From contig CAVWGN010000001.1 in assembly GCA_963754655.1 (NCBI GenBank), positions 2,176,001 to 2,240,000 on the forward strand: a stretch of DNA of 64,000 nt, read 5' to 3'. A program made the translations under genes and the position numbers. Shown here piece by piece: positions 48,751 to 58,876 of this stretch; the stretch's first letter is position 1; every line of letters starts with the position of its first letter. Source of the DNA: an uncultured Chlamydiae bacterium (GTDB lineage: Bacteria; Chlamydiota; Chlamydiia; Chlamydiales; Parachlamydiaceae). The notes below the pieces were generated by a model. The model saw only the letters and a program-made list of their open reading frames with translations. It did not search any database and was not told where the DNA came from.

Positions 48751-49965
48751 CTATATTGATTCTTGTTTTTTGGTTTTTTTATTGACATAAGCTTCCAAAG
48801 CCAATACCAAGACAAAGCCTAAAAGCGCGCATAAGCTTGCCTGCCAGATAAGAGGAGAATCCCAAGAAGGAAGAAAGGGATGCAAGGTCACTAACTGCGG
48901 ACCTTTATACAGCTTAAGCGGCAGAACGATATATTCATAAGACCAAAAAGGCCAAACAGAACGAATGGCTCCGATCATAAAGCCCGATAATAAAGCTAAG
49001 CTTTGATTAGGATAATGGCGCAGCAGCCAGCTCAGCACTCGGGCAAATCCCAAAGCCCCCAATCCAATGCCAAGTCCCAGACTCCACAAAACAGCAAATG
49101 CCTCAGTATTAAATGAAGCGTTTCCAAGGCCATTCATCAATTCAACCAGAGATTCTATCACAAGGGGATAAACTCCAAGCAAAGTTAGAATGTAACTTCC
49201 AGATATTCCAGGGAGTAATAAAGCACAAATCGCTAGCGCTCCGCACATTACCAGCCAACCATTAAAAAAAGAAAACTGATAAGGCGTAACAAACTCACCG
49301 ACAAGCCCAATCAAAACATGCTGCTGGTTGTAAACAGGAGTAGTATCTTGCAATAAGCCTTGCGCTAACAACATTCCAAGTGTTTGAGAGGATAAGCCAG
49401 TCAATAAATGATCGCGCGAATCATAATTGCGTAAAGTCTTTGTTGGAGATTCTATTTCGATGGGGACAGCGTAGCCGCCCTCTGCAGCAGGTGTTAATGT
49501 CGTTTCCGTCAATAGATAAGCCGTAAATGCCCCTAAACATAAACCTAGAATCATGGTTCCCTTCCAGACCTTAATTTGCCGAATGCAGAAAATAAAGGAA
49601 GCGAAGATCAATCCTAAGAAGGTTGCATAGAAATAAACGCGATAAACCTCATGAGAAAGAATGAAATGAAAAAGATTAGCCAAACTCATAAAAGCACATA
49701 GAATACCGGCTAGCAATGTCAGCAGGAACTTCCAGGCAATATTTTGAGAAAATTCTTTTAAATGACCTTTAAATAAAAGTTGAAAATTAGACCAATTGAG
49801 AGTCTGAAGACTTTCCAAAAGAGGTTGATAAAATCCCAAAATAAAGGCTATTGTCCCTCCGGAAATTCCTGGAACAAGATCCGCAGCCCCCATGCATATT
49901 CCACAAAAGAACAATATCCAACCTCGAAAAACAGATGGAGATCGCATTGGAGATGCAACTGTCAT
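48751..49965 (-). CDS. DUF368 membrane protein (undecaprenyl-phosphate translocase family)
   Basis: MGAADLVPGISGGTIA and ALLLPGISGS; start at 49965 overlaps the rodZ-like stop (ATGA). Confidence 0.9.
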   Translation of the reverse strand: MTVASPMRSPSVFRGWILFFCGICMGAADLVPGISGGTIAFILGFYQPLLESLQTLNWSNFQLLFKGHLKEFSQNIAWKFLLTLLAGILCAFMSLANLFHFILSHEVYRVYFYATFLGLIFASFIFCIRQIKVWKGTMILGLCLGAFTAYLLTETTLTPAAEGGYAVPIEIESPTKTLRNYDSRDHLLTGLSSQTLGMLLAQGLLQDTTPVYNQQHVLIGLVGEFVTPYQFSFFNGWLVMCGALAICALLLPGISGSYILTLLGVYPLVIESLVELMNGLGNASFNTEAFAVLWSLGLGIGLGALGFARVLSWLLRHYPNQSLALLSGFMIGAIRSVWPFWSYEYIVLPLKLYKGPQLVTLHPFLPSWDSPLIWQASLCALLGFVLVLALEAYVNKKTKKQESI

Positions 49966-50408
49966 CCAATGACTCCTAAAAAGCGAGCAAAGTACCAAGC
50001 TAAAATAAGAATGATAACAAAGGCTAAAATCCATATGGCATTTGGAAACCACTTGACTCCCCCTCCTGGATTACCCCTTCCTTCTAATGTCCCTATCCCA
50101 TATGCAAATTCTTGAACTTCTGCACGATGGAAAACAGTTGGATTTTCGCGCACAATTTGCTCTCCATCCATTCCTAAAAATGAGGCATATTGTTTAAAAA
50201 AGCCTTGGGCATAAATAGGTGAAATTAATTTATGCACTTCTCCCTCTTCAAGTGCTTGTAGATAGGAGATACGTATGGATGTGGCATTCTCTGCTTCTTT
50301 AAGAGACAAGTTCATTTCTTTGCGACGGTGGCGTAGCAATTCGCCTATGCCTTTCATATCGTTTGCCTGTACAGAATCCAACTCCATTCCTCCCTTTCGC
50401 CTTTCCAC
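49962..50408 (-). CDS. rodZ: RodZ-like HTH protein with C-terminal TM helix
   Basis: GELLRHRRKEMNLSLKEAENATSIRISYLQALEEG, YAQGFFKQYA. Confidence 0.8.
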   Translation of the reverse strand: MERRKGGMELDSVQANDMKGIGELLRHRRKEMNLSLKEAENATSIRISYLQALEEGEVHKLISPIYAQGFFKQYASFLGMDGEQIVRENPTVFHRAEVQEFAYGIGTLEGRGNPGGGVKWFPNAIWILAFVIILILAWYFARFLGVIG

Positions 50409-50473
50409 ACTCTTTCTCCTTGTATCTTGCCTTTTAGATTTCTTCTCTTTATAACTTAATTTCTATTAAAGAA

Positions 50474-50643
50474 CTAGTACTCCATTACACTAATTTTAGC
50501 CTATTGGGAGTGCTTCAAAGCCCCGGGGTTGAATTGGCATAAGTGGGTCCATATTGTGCTAATATTGAAGTACTTATGCCAATTCAACCGCGGGAGCTTT
50601 CAAGCACTCCCAATAGGCTAAAATTAGTGTAATGGAGTACTAG
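50474..50643. mobile_element. Stand-alone CTAG-flanked MITE-like palindrome
   Basis: ctagtactccattacactaattttagcc ... ggctaaaattagtgtaatggagtactag. Confidence 0.85.
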
Positions 50644-50742
50644 CGGATATAATGAAAAGTCAAGCTAATTATGGAGAAATTGTCTTCTAAAAATCATTTT
50701 AATTAATTTTTGCAATGCGCTCAAGATCTCCCATTAATAAAA

Positions 50743-50771
50743 TTGAACTTTAGCTATTTATCTGTTAAAAT
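50743..50771 (+). promoter_or_regulatory. sigma66-type promoter of rnhC
   Basis: TTGAAC-17-TAAAAT. Confidence 0.5.
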
Positions 50772-50803
50772 GAAGATCTTTATTTTTAACCTACCTACTC
50801 AGC

Positions 50804-51715
50804 ATGGCTTCCTCTGCTTCTCACTCTTATGTCACAACCCTTGATTTAAAATGGGCTGATCAGTTGCTGCAAGACCTGCAAAAACAGGAGTTTGAGATCT
50901 CAACTCCCCCTTATACACGGTTTTCTGCAAAAAAAAAGGGATTGACTTGCACTCTTTATGAGTCTGGCAAGTTAGTTGTTCAAGGCAAAGATTATGCCGA
51001 ATTTGTTGAGTTTTACCTGGAACCCGAAATTTTAAAAACTTTTACTTTTCGCCATCCTTTAGCCCATATAGATTTGACTTCTCACATTGGAATTGATGAA
51101 TCTGGCAAAGGAGATTTTTTTGGTCCACTTTGCATTGCAGGGGTTTACGTCAAAGAAGACCAATTTACTACTCTTCATGCTTTAGGAGTTAAAGATTCAA
51201 AATCCTTAAAAGACACCGCTATTCACCAGTTAGCAAAAGAAATTAAAACGCATTGTCTTTATCATATCGTTAAAATTAATCCTTTGAAATACAATCAGAT
51301 CTATGCTGACTTCAAGAACCTCAATCGCCTCTTAGCCTGGGGACATGCTACGGCAATCGAACAACTCGTTCAGCAAACTGGCTGCCAAGAGGTCATTATT
51401 GACCAGTTCGCAGATGAATGGGTCGTTGAACAGGCTCTCAAGCGGAAAAAATTAATTGTCAAGTTGACTCAACGTCATCGGGCAGAAGAAGATCTGGCTG
51501 TAGCAGCCGCTTCAATTCTTGCTCGTCAAGCTTTTATTGAAGGACTTGAGCGACTAGGTCAAGAAATTGGCATTGAACTTCCTAAGGGAAGCTCAAAAGC
51601 AACTCAACTTGCAGGGCAAGAAGTGTTAAGAAAATGGGGAAAAGAAAAATTAAAGGAGGTTTGCAAACAACATTTTAAAACTCTTGACGCAATTTTAGAG
51701 AAAGAAAGACAATAA
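50804..51715 (+). CDS. rnhC: Ribonuclease HIII
   Basis: N-terminal TBP-like YESGKLVVQG; IGIDESGKGDFFGP, KDSK, VAAASILAR. Confidence 0.95.
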   Translation: MASSASHSYVTTLDLKWADQLLQDLQKQEFEISTPPYTRFSAKKKGLTCTLYESGKLVVQGKDYAEFVEFYLEPEILKTFTFRHPLAHIDLTSHIGIDESGKGDFFGPLCIAGVYVKEDQFTTLHALGVKDSKSLKDTAIHQLAKEIKTHCLYHIVKINPLKYNQIYADFKNLNRLLAWGHATAIEQLVQQTGCQEVIIDQFADEWVVEQALKRKKLIVKLTQRHRAEEDLAVAAASILARQAFIEGLERLGQEIGIELPKGSSKATQLAGQEVLRKWGKEKLKEVCKQHFKTLDAILEKERQ

Positions 51716-51741
51716 ATTTTATTTTAATTTCCGAGCATCAT

Positions 51742-52179
51742 ATGGATAATCGCACTTTATTTATTCTTACAGGGTTGGTTCTATTAGGGATGATCCTTTT
51801 ACTGGGCCTCAATTTGACCAATATCTTAACAGGAGAGCCCTCTAATCAAGTCTATTTAAAATATAATGATGTTCGAGGAATGGCAGTAAGCCGCAATCAG
51901 TTGCTTTATACCCTCAATTTTCAGCAGCAAAATAGTGTGATTGATATTTTAAATAAAGCCCTTCCAATTGACGAAATTAAATCAGGCCAGCGTCAACAGC
52001 CCAATATTCAACAAATGATCATTTATCAATTTCAAGGAAAACCTGATATTGTGTTGACCCCCATTGCTTATGTCGATCGCAATCTCATTTTTTCTGCCCC
52101 TCAATGGCAACACAACGGCTACTTGATGGAACTTAGTGAAGGTGATCTTCAAACATTGCTATCTCAAACTTACGATTAA
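51742..52179 (+). CDS. Hypothetical membrane-anchored protein
   Basis: N-terminal TM helix; lies in the rnhC-recN gene run. Confidence 0.7.
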   Translation: MDNRTLFILTGLVLLGMILLLGLNLTNILTGEPSNQVYLKYNDVRGMAVSRNQLLYTLNFQQQNSVIDILNKALPIDEIKSGQRQQPNIQQMIIYQFQGKPDIVLTPIAYVDRNLIFSAPQWQHNGYLMELSEGDLQTLLSQTYD

Positions 52180-52185
52180 CACTCC

Positions 52186-53859
52186 ATGTTAAAATACTTA
52201 TATATTCATAACATTATTCTAGTTGAACAAGCAGCCATGTCTTTTAGCATAGGCTTGAACATTTTAACTGGTGAAACGGGTTCTGGAAAATCGGCAATCA
52301 TGCATGGTCTTAGCCTAGCCATTGGAGAGCGAGCTGATACTAGCCTGATTCGTCGAGGCTGCGAAAAAGGAATTATTGAAGCAGTATTTGAAATTGACAA
52401 TCCCGTTATTTGTTCTTTGCTGAGTGAAGGAGGAATTGAACATGAAATAGGCCAGGAATTAATCATTCGCCGAGAGATTGCGCTATCTGGAAAAGGTCGT
52501 ATCTTTATTAACAACCAGATGGCCCAGCTGTCTTTTTTACGCAAGTTAGGCTTACAGCTTGTGCAAATTGTAGGGCAGCATGCCAATCAATGTCTTTTAT
52601 CCTTAGATTATCATCGAGAGGTCGTTGATCTTTATGGAGATTTAAAAGCTCTTTTGCATTGCTTTCAAAAAAGTTATGAGAATGAAAAAAATCTCAGGAA
52701 AGAGCTAGAGCAGCTGATTCAGCAGGAAGCGCAGCGTTTGCGTGAGATTGATGTCTGTCAACGCGAGTTGGAAGAACTGGAAGAAGCGCAACTTAAAACA
52801 GGAGAAGATGAAGAATTATTTGCCGAATATACGCTACTTACTAATGCTGAAGAAATGTCAACTAAAATAAGTGAAATCAATCAAGCCTTATCAGGTGAGC
52901 GGCAATCCCTCCTTGCCATTTTGAATCGTCACAAACAAGGTTTGGAATCTTTAATCCGCTTTGATTCCTCTTTACAAGAAACGGCTAAAGCTTTTCAAAA
53001 TACTTTTTTAGAGTTGCAAGAAATTTCACATACCTTGAGGCTCTATCAAAGCCGCTTGCACTTCGATGCAGAGCGCTTGCATGAGATTGATGCCCGCCTC
53101 ACATTCTTGAATCGACTTAAGCGCAAATATGGAGCAACAGTCGAAGAAATTTTGGCCTATCAAACACAAACACAAGCAAAGTTAAAGCGTTTAGAAAATG
53201 CTGAAAATGAAATTGAACAATTGCAACAACAGCTACAGAACATAGAAGCCCAGACAAATCAGCTAGCTCAGGAGCTATCAATTCAACGGCAGCAATATGC
53301 CTTGCAATTTGCAAGTGCATTGACAGAGCAACTAGGTGCGCTCAATATGTCTAAAGCAGAGTTCAGTATTCAAATGACTAAGCAGAAGCGAACACGAGAG
53401 GGAGATGATCGAGTCGAATTTTTCTTATGTCCTAATGTTGGAGAGCGTCAAATTTCTTTAAAAGAAGGAGCCAGCGGTGGAGAAATCTCTCGCGTTTTGC
53501 TTGCTCTACAAACTCTTTTAGCTGGCAAAGAAAAAACAGCCACCTTGATCTTCGATGAGGTAGATGCAAATATTGGAGGAGAAACCGCTACAATTGTCGG
53601 AGATAAATTACGTGAAATTAGCCAACAACATCAAGTGATTTGCATTACTCACTTTCCCCAAGTTGCAAACCAAGCAGATCACCACTTACAAATTTCGAAA
53701 GAGGAAAAAGAAGGACGCACCATTACGTTGGTCCAAGAGTTAGATGCTTTGTCTCGCCAACTTGAACTTGCCCGTATGGCAGGATTGAAAAGGAAGACAG
53801 TACAATCAAAAAAGAAAGCTTCAAAAATTGATTATTCTCTTCAATCTCATTACGGTTAA
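52186..53859 (+). CDS. recN: DNA repair protein RecN
   Basis: TGETGSGKS, ASGGEISR, FDEVD, ITHFPQVA. Confidence 0.96.
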   Translation: MLKYLYIHNIILVEQAAMSFSIGLNILTGETGSGKSAIMHGLSLAIGERADTSLIRRGCEKGIIEAVFEIDNPVICSLLSEGGIEHEIGQELIIRREIALSGKGRIFINNQMAQLSFLRKLGLQLVQIVGQHANQCLLSLDYHREVVDLYGDLKALLHCFQKSYENEKNLRKELEQLIQQEAQRLREIDVCQRELEELEEAQLKTGEDEELFAEYTLLTNAEEMSTKISEINQALSGERQSLLAILNRHKQGLESLIRFDSSLQETAKAFQNTFLELQEISHTLRLYQSRLHFDAERLHEIDARLTFLNRLKRKYGATVEEILAYQTQTQAKLKRLENAENEIEQLQQQLQNIEAQTNQLAQELSIQRQQYALQFASALTEQLGALNMSKAEFSIQMTKQKRTREGDDRVEFFLCPNVGERQISLKEGASGGEISRVLLALQTLLAGKEKTATLIFDEVDANIGGETATIVGDKLREISQQHQVICITHFPQVANQADHHLQISKEEKEGRTITLVQELDALSRQLELARMAGLKRKTVQSKKKASKIDYSLQSHYG

Positions 53860-53863
53860 TTAT

Positions 53864-54430
53864 CTAGTACTCAACCACACTAGTTTTGTGTATTTAGATT
53901 GCTTCAAAGCCCCGGGGTTGAATTGACGCAAGTGGGTCCATATTGCTAATATTGACCCACTTACGTCAATTCAACCGGGGTTAGGGTGTTCATTTTGTGC
54001 AAAAAATGAGCTTTATTTTTCACAATAATTGGCATAGTTAAATTGAAAGTCGCATGTTTATGCCGTCCTTTCAGGACTCGATGTCTTTTTGATAGAACCC
54101 AGGCCTCCGCTTCGCTGCGACCTGGGCTGTAACATGACGGCCCTTCAGGCCTTAACAAAAAGATGATTTAGGGACTATAGAAGAGGGACTTAAACATCTC
54201 TTGTTAAGGCCTGAAGGGCCGTCATGTTACAGCCCAGGTCGCAGCGAAGCGGAGGCCTGGGTTCTATCAAAAAGACATCGAGTCCTGAAAGGACGGCATA
54301 AACATGCGACTTTCAATTTAACTATGCCAATTATTGTGAAAAATAAAGCTCATTTTTTGCACAAAATGAACACCCTACCCGGGCTTTGAAGCAGTCTAAA
54401 TACATAAAAACTAGTGTGGTTGAGTACTAG
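53864..54430. mobile_element. CTAG MITE carrying an inserted GGGTGTT-shelled REP doublet (53982-54377)
   Basis: Same TIRs as 32412; interior interrupted by tagggtgttcattttgtgc...gcacaaaatgaacacccta. Confidence 0.85.
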
Positions 54431-55366
54431 TAATTCATTACATTAGTTTTAGCCTATTGGGACTGCTTCAAAGCCCGGAATTAGGATGAGATGATTCTCT
54501 TGTAGTCCTTCAGCCTACATGACGAGGCTAATCCAATCCAGGGCGATGCCCAGGGCCGGGACTTAACAAAGAACTGTTTTGGACTTGATATTCGTCGCAT
54601 CAATTTAACAAAACCCCGCCTTTAACAGAATTTAGAGGCATATTTCCCGAAAATGACGAGAAAAACATCAAGCCCAAAACAGTTCTTTGTTAAGTCCCGG
54701 CATATGGCTAGGTAATCGGAATTTTTATCTTTGTTTTTGCAATGTTGCTTGATCCATATCCTTTCCCTCAGCGGCGAGCGGCGTTAGCCGCGCATGGATA
54801 GTACCGTGGGTGTAGGCGCAAGCCGAAACCCACGGTTACCCACAAAACAAATTTGAGCTTAGTGGCGTAGCATTCGTTTAAATAAACATTGCTCCACAAT
54901 CACATTTCCTACGCCACTAACGTGGCTTCATTTTTTTTACCATACACCGTGGGTTCCGGCTTCGCCTACACCCACGGCTACTATCCATGCGCGGCTAACG
55001 CCGCTTGAGCGACAAATTTAGCTTCTAGAGTTGCCAGAAGCATTTCGTTCCTATCCTATGGCCGGGACTTAACAAAGAAATATTTTGGGCACATTGGACA
55101 ATTTTTAGAAAACCTCCTTTTATAACGATTGTAGAACCCATGCTTATTAAATGGTAAATCCTCCACAATCATTTTAGAGACGGTTAGCAAAAAGATGTCC
55201 AATGTTCAGAGCCTGAAAGGCTTCAAATAAAAATAGCCCAAGGCATCGTCCTGGGTTGGATTAGCCCTCGTCATGTAGCCTGAAGGACTACAAGAGAATT
55301 ATCTCATCACAATCCCATGGCTTTGAAGCAGTCTAAATACGCAAAACTTATGTAATAGATTACTAG
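54427..55366. mobile_element. CTAG-ended family-B element with further inserts (54555-54701 TIR element; 54777-55005 REP doublet)
   Basis: Arms and loop homologous to the outer shell of 32304-33969; gccgggacttaacaaagaa TIRs; third copy of that TIR at 55061. Confidence 0.8.
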
Positions 55367-55431
55367 TATTTTGCAAACATGTCTCAACCGCTATTTCTTA
55401 GCTTAATTAATAGCTATGCTCATCCAAAAGG

Positions 55432-57312
55432 TTAAACCTGGCCTAAGTAAGAATCTGCATCTTCTTCCTCATCGGGAAGGCGCTCTAAAAAGAGTAAATA
55501 AGGATCTCTATGACTCAAAAAATCTTTTTTGGTTACTTCTCTATAACTTTTAGGATCTAAATCATTACAATGAAAATACTTTCCATTGATTTCAACATCA
55601 GCAACATAATGACCTACTCTTAGAGAAGCTCCACTATGCCGAACCATTCCCTTAATTTTATAGCGGCCTTGCTTGGGCAAATCTGCATCTTCAGGTGGAT
55701 CATAATAGCGTGTGAGATCTAAAATTCCATCTTCTGGTAATTCAACAGGTCGATTATCTTTTTTCAATGCGCCAGTAAAACGTTTAAATTGCATAACCAT
55801 GACAGGAGGAAGCTGACTCATCCGATACCATTGCTCATATTCCTCAACTTTGACTGGAGCTGCATTAATGACACTTGCCGCTTCATTTTCCTGACCCACC
55901 ACAATTTCTCCGTCTGTGGGATCAAATTTCCGTTGATCATCAATCTTTGGCTCTCGTTCTTTATGTTTCCCTAAGAGCGTATGAATAAGATTATTAAGTT
56001 TTTGATATCGTTTCTGAGATCGCAAAGGAACTTGTAGAATAGATAAAGTTTCATCTTTCCCCTCTTTACCGCCAGCCAAGAACTCAAGCCCTGGAAATGC
56101 ACCCGTCGTAGCATGTTGTCTTATTTTAAATTGGCAGAGGTCAGACAAAAAATACTCAATGCAAAGTTCTATGATATAAGCAGCATCATGCTGGTCCGTC
56201 AGCCCATTAGCTATTGTAAGCTCTGGATGAAACTCTGATTTGAAAATTGCCTCCCTCAGGTCACCAAGGGATGGTCCTCCTAATAAAAATAAAATAAATT
56301 CCATTTGGGTCATGCTTTTCCCATTTTCTCGACTCTGCCTTTGAGCCTCAATAAATTTCAGAATTTCATGTTGAATGATTAATTTCTTTTGGTACACTTC
56401 AAGGTTATGGGGATCACGTTCAATCGGTTCGTTAAATTTTTCCCGGATTTGATCAATGCAAAAAAGACACTGCAAAACGCTATCTAAATAACAACTATTG
56501 CCAATATTGCTTAACTTTAAAGGTTCTGCCCTATCTGTCTTTTGAATCTCTTGATTAGGCGTTTTCTTTAAGACTTGGGCTTGAGCTCTCAATTCTGTGA
56601 TTTTCGAACGAAAAGGCTTTGCTTGAGTATAGCCTGAAAGATGACGATTGAAAACCTCATCAAAATCTGTCCATGCTTGAGATAATTGTTGATGGATATC
56701 TTTTGGAAGATCGATTCCAGGTTTGATAAACAAATCAAAAGCTTTTTGGAGTTGTTCTATTACCTTGTCTCCATGAAGCAAACAAAATTGATTCATTTGA
56801 TCATTAAGATCTTGAAAACCATCTCTTACACTAATTAATTGCGGTTGAATGGGAAAAGGATGACGACGCTGCTCCAAGACACTGACATAACTGTTCAATT
56901 GGCGCAAAGATTGAAAAATCTCACTATGTAATTGCTTCATTTCTTTCATGTCTTGAGAAATTAAGTGAGTTTGCCAGAAGTTTTGCTCTAGTTGAGTCAC
57001 ACGTTCCTGCAAAAAGATAATTTGATCCTCTAATTGATCTATCAACTTCTTAAAAGAGGGATGAGTCGGCCTAAAAGCAGGTGCGTGAGTGATTCGATGA
57101 AAAATTTCTTGGGTGGCTGATACAGCTCGCTGACAATACTCTACTAAAGCAGCAGTAATCAAGATGAAACTAAGACTACCTGCGGATAATAAGTCTACAA
57201 AAGGCTGTATGTAGTAATTAAAATTAATTCTAACACCCGGACTTGCCTGTGGTAGATGTTCTGACACGGGGATGTCATGAATTGCAATAATTGGTAGATC
57301 TGTTGGATTCAT
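55432..57312 (-). CDS. Eukaryote-like ubiquitin-specific protease (USP, peptidase C19)
   Basis: Cys box LSNIGNSCYLDSVLQCL, QHDA, LPPVMVMQFKRF, His box GHYVA...FHCND. Confidence 0.88.
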   Translation of the reverse strand: MNPTDLPIIAIHDIPVSEHLPQASPGVRINFNYYIQPFVDLLSAGSLSFILITAALVEYCQRAVSATQEIFHRITHAPAFRPTHPSFKKLIDQLEDQIIFLQERVTQLEQNFWQTHLISQDMKEMKQLHSEIFQSLRQLNSYVSVLEQRRHPFPIQPQLISVRDGFQDLNDQMNQFCLLHGDKVIEQLQKAFDLFIKPGIDLPKDIHQQLSQAWTDFDEVFNRHLSGYTQAKPFRSKITELRAQAQVLKKTPNQEIQKTDRAEPLKLSNIGNSCYLDSVLQCLFCIDQIREKFNEPIERDPHNLEVYQKKLIIQHEILKFIEAQRQSRENGKSMTQMEFILFLLGGPSLGDLREAIFKSEFHPELTIANGLTDQHDAAYIIELCIEYFLSDLCQFKIRQHATTGAFPGLEFLAGGKEGKDETLSILQVPLRSQKRYQKLNNLIHTLLGKHKEREPKIDDQRKFDPTDGEIVVGQENEAASVINAAPVKVEEYEQWYRMSQLPPVMVMQFKRFTGALKKDNRPVELPEDGILDLTRYYDPPEDADLPKQGRYKIKGMVRHSGASLRVGHYVADVEINGKYFHCNDLDPKSYREVTKKDFLSHRDPYLLFLERLPDEEEDADSYLGQV

Positions 57313-57663
57313 AAAAACTCTCTATTATTTGAATACTTATTATTAATAAATTTGGGATTCAGATTAACAGAATATATTTTTTAACTCAACTTAAATTTAC
57401 TTTATTATTAAATAATTGTAAAATAACTAAAAAACATTCATTAACAATTAAGTAAGAAATGTTTTTAATTTTTAATTTCTTATTCACTTAATTTATCTTA
57501 TGATTTTTGCCATTCTCTTTTTGAAATTTAATTTTTTGACGAAACTGAAATGTACTATGCCATCATTTTTCAAGTTGTACTATTCTCTACAGTTGACGAA
57601 ATAGGCTGTTTTCCGTTAAAAACAGATTAAAAAATTTTATTTAATGACATTTAACAGGAGTAA

Positions 57664-58587
57664 ATGACAATGAAAAGACAAGTAGTTATTGCCTTTTTAT
57701 TTATGTTGACAGCTTTTTCTGGCTGGGCAGATATTGATATTGATCAGCAAAATATTGGATCCGAAACAATCACGCAACCGGCAAAGCGTACGCCCTTTAG
57801 TTTTGATACACATTTAGATATCATCAGCAGCTCAAAGATTAAAAAGGGATTTTATAAGGGTGATGAAATCAACTATGCTGAGGCTGAAGCTGAAGTTGGC
57901 ATGATCCTTTATTATTGTCCAACTTATACAGAAGGGGTTAGAGTGGGTTTGGCTTATACGCCGACCTATTTGAAATGGCATGACAACCCCTGGTTTGATC
58001 AAGATCACTTCAACATTGTCTCATTATCTTTAGCAGGATTTAGCAAACGAATTGATCGTTGGTTTTGGCGTACGCAGTTGACAGTTAATTTTGATGCTGA
58101 AAAATGGAGCAGTCAATACATCAGCTATGATCTTCTCTTGTGGGGACGTTATACCTTTTGTGAAAATATAGGGATTCATTTTGGATTTTGGGCTGAGACT
58201 GGTTTACATCTAGATCGCGTGTATCCTATTTTTGGATTTGATTGGCAAATCTCTCGTAAATGGAGATTAGATTTAGTTTTTCCAGTCAACATGGCTTTAC
58301 TTTATTCTTTTTCTCCTACTTGGAAGTTAGGAATTGCTGGAAGATTCTTCGATTCTCGCTTCCGAGTGCACCACGACCAATATTCTGCTAAGCCGCTTCT
58401 GCGTTATACCAATGTAGGAGCTGAGTTTATCATCAAATATGAGAATGACACGACGAGCGCCAATATTCATGCGGGTACAACCTTAGGAGGAAAATTTCGT
58501 GTAGCAAATCATAACAACCACCATGCAAAAATCTATCGTATCAATCCTTCTGCTTATGTAGGCGCAGAAATCGACGTGAAATTTTAA
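57664..58587 (+). CDS. Putative outer-membrane beta-barrel protein
   Basis: Signal peptide, alternating aromatic beta strands, C-terminal Phe. Confidence 0.7.
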   Translation: MTMKRQVVIAFLFMLTAFSGWADIDIDQQNIGSETITQPAKRTPFSFDTHLDIISSSKIKKGFYKGDEINYAEAEAEVGMILYYCPTYTEGVRVGLAYTPTYLKWHDNPWFDQDHFNIVSLSLAGFSKRIDRWFWRTQLTVNFDAEKWSSQYISYDLLLWGRYTFCENIGIHFGFWAETGLHLDRVYPIFGFDWQISRKWRLDLVFPVNMALLYSFSPTWKLGIAGRFFDSRFRVHHDQYSAKPLLRYTNVGAEFIIKYENDTTSANIHAGTTLGGKFRVANHNNHHAKIYRINPSAYVGAEIDVKF

Positions 58588-58606
58588 GAGTGACAGGAAT
58601 CGCAGG

Positions 58607-58626
58607 AGCGGCTAGCCAGCCGCTCT
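58607..58626 (+). terminator. Hairpin after the OMP gene
   Basis: gagcggct-agcc-agccgctc. Confidence 0.4.
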
Positions 58627-58876
58627 TCAGCCAATTTTAATACATCAATACATTTCGATTTTATTCACTTATTTTTTATTTTAATCTTAACTAAATTATA
58701 TTTTTAAATAAGAAAAAGAAATTAATGCTTATTTTGCGCTATCCTTAAATTTTATTGTTTTTAAATATCCTTTATATTATATTTATACTAATTAATATAA
58801 TTCGCGCTAGATTTGCTACAATCTAGATCTGTCATAAGCCCTTTGGCTTCAATCCATTTAAAAAGAGTAAAACCTT

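Noticed and set aside
53961..54389. Two near-identical divergent ORFs (MLRPEGPSCY…)
   Set aside because: Mirror images produced by the palindromic element; no RBS.
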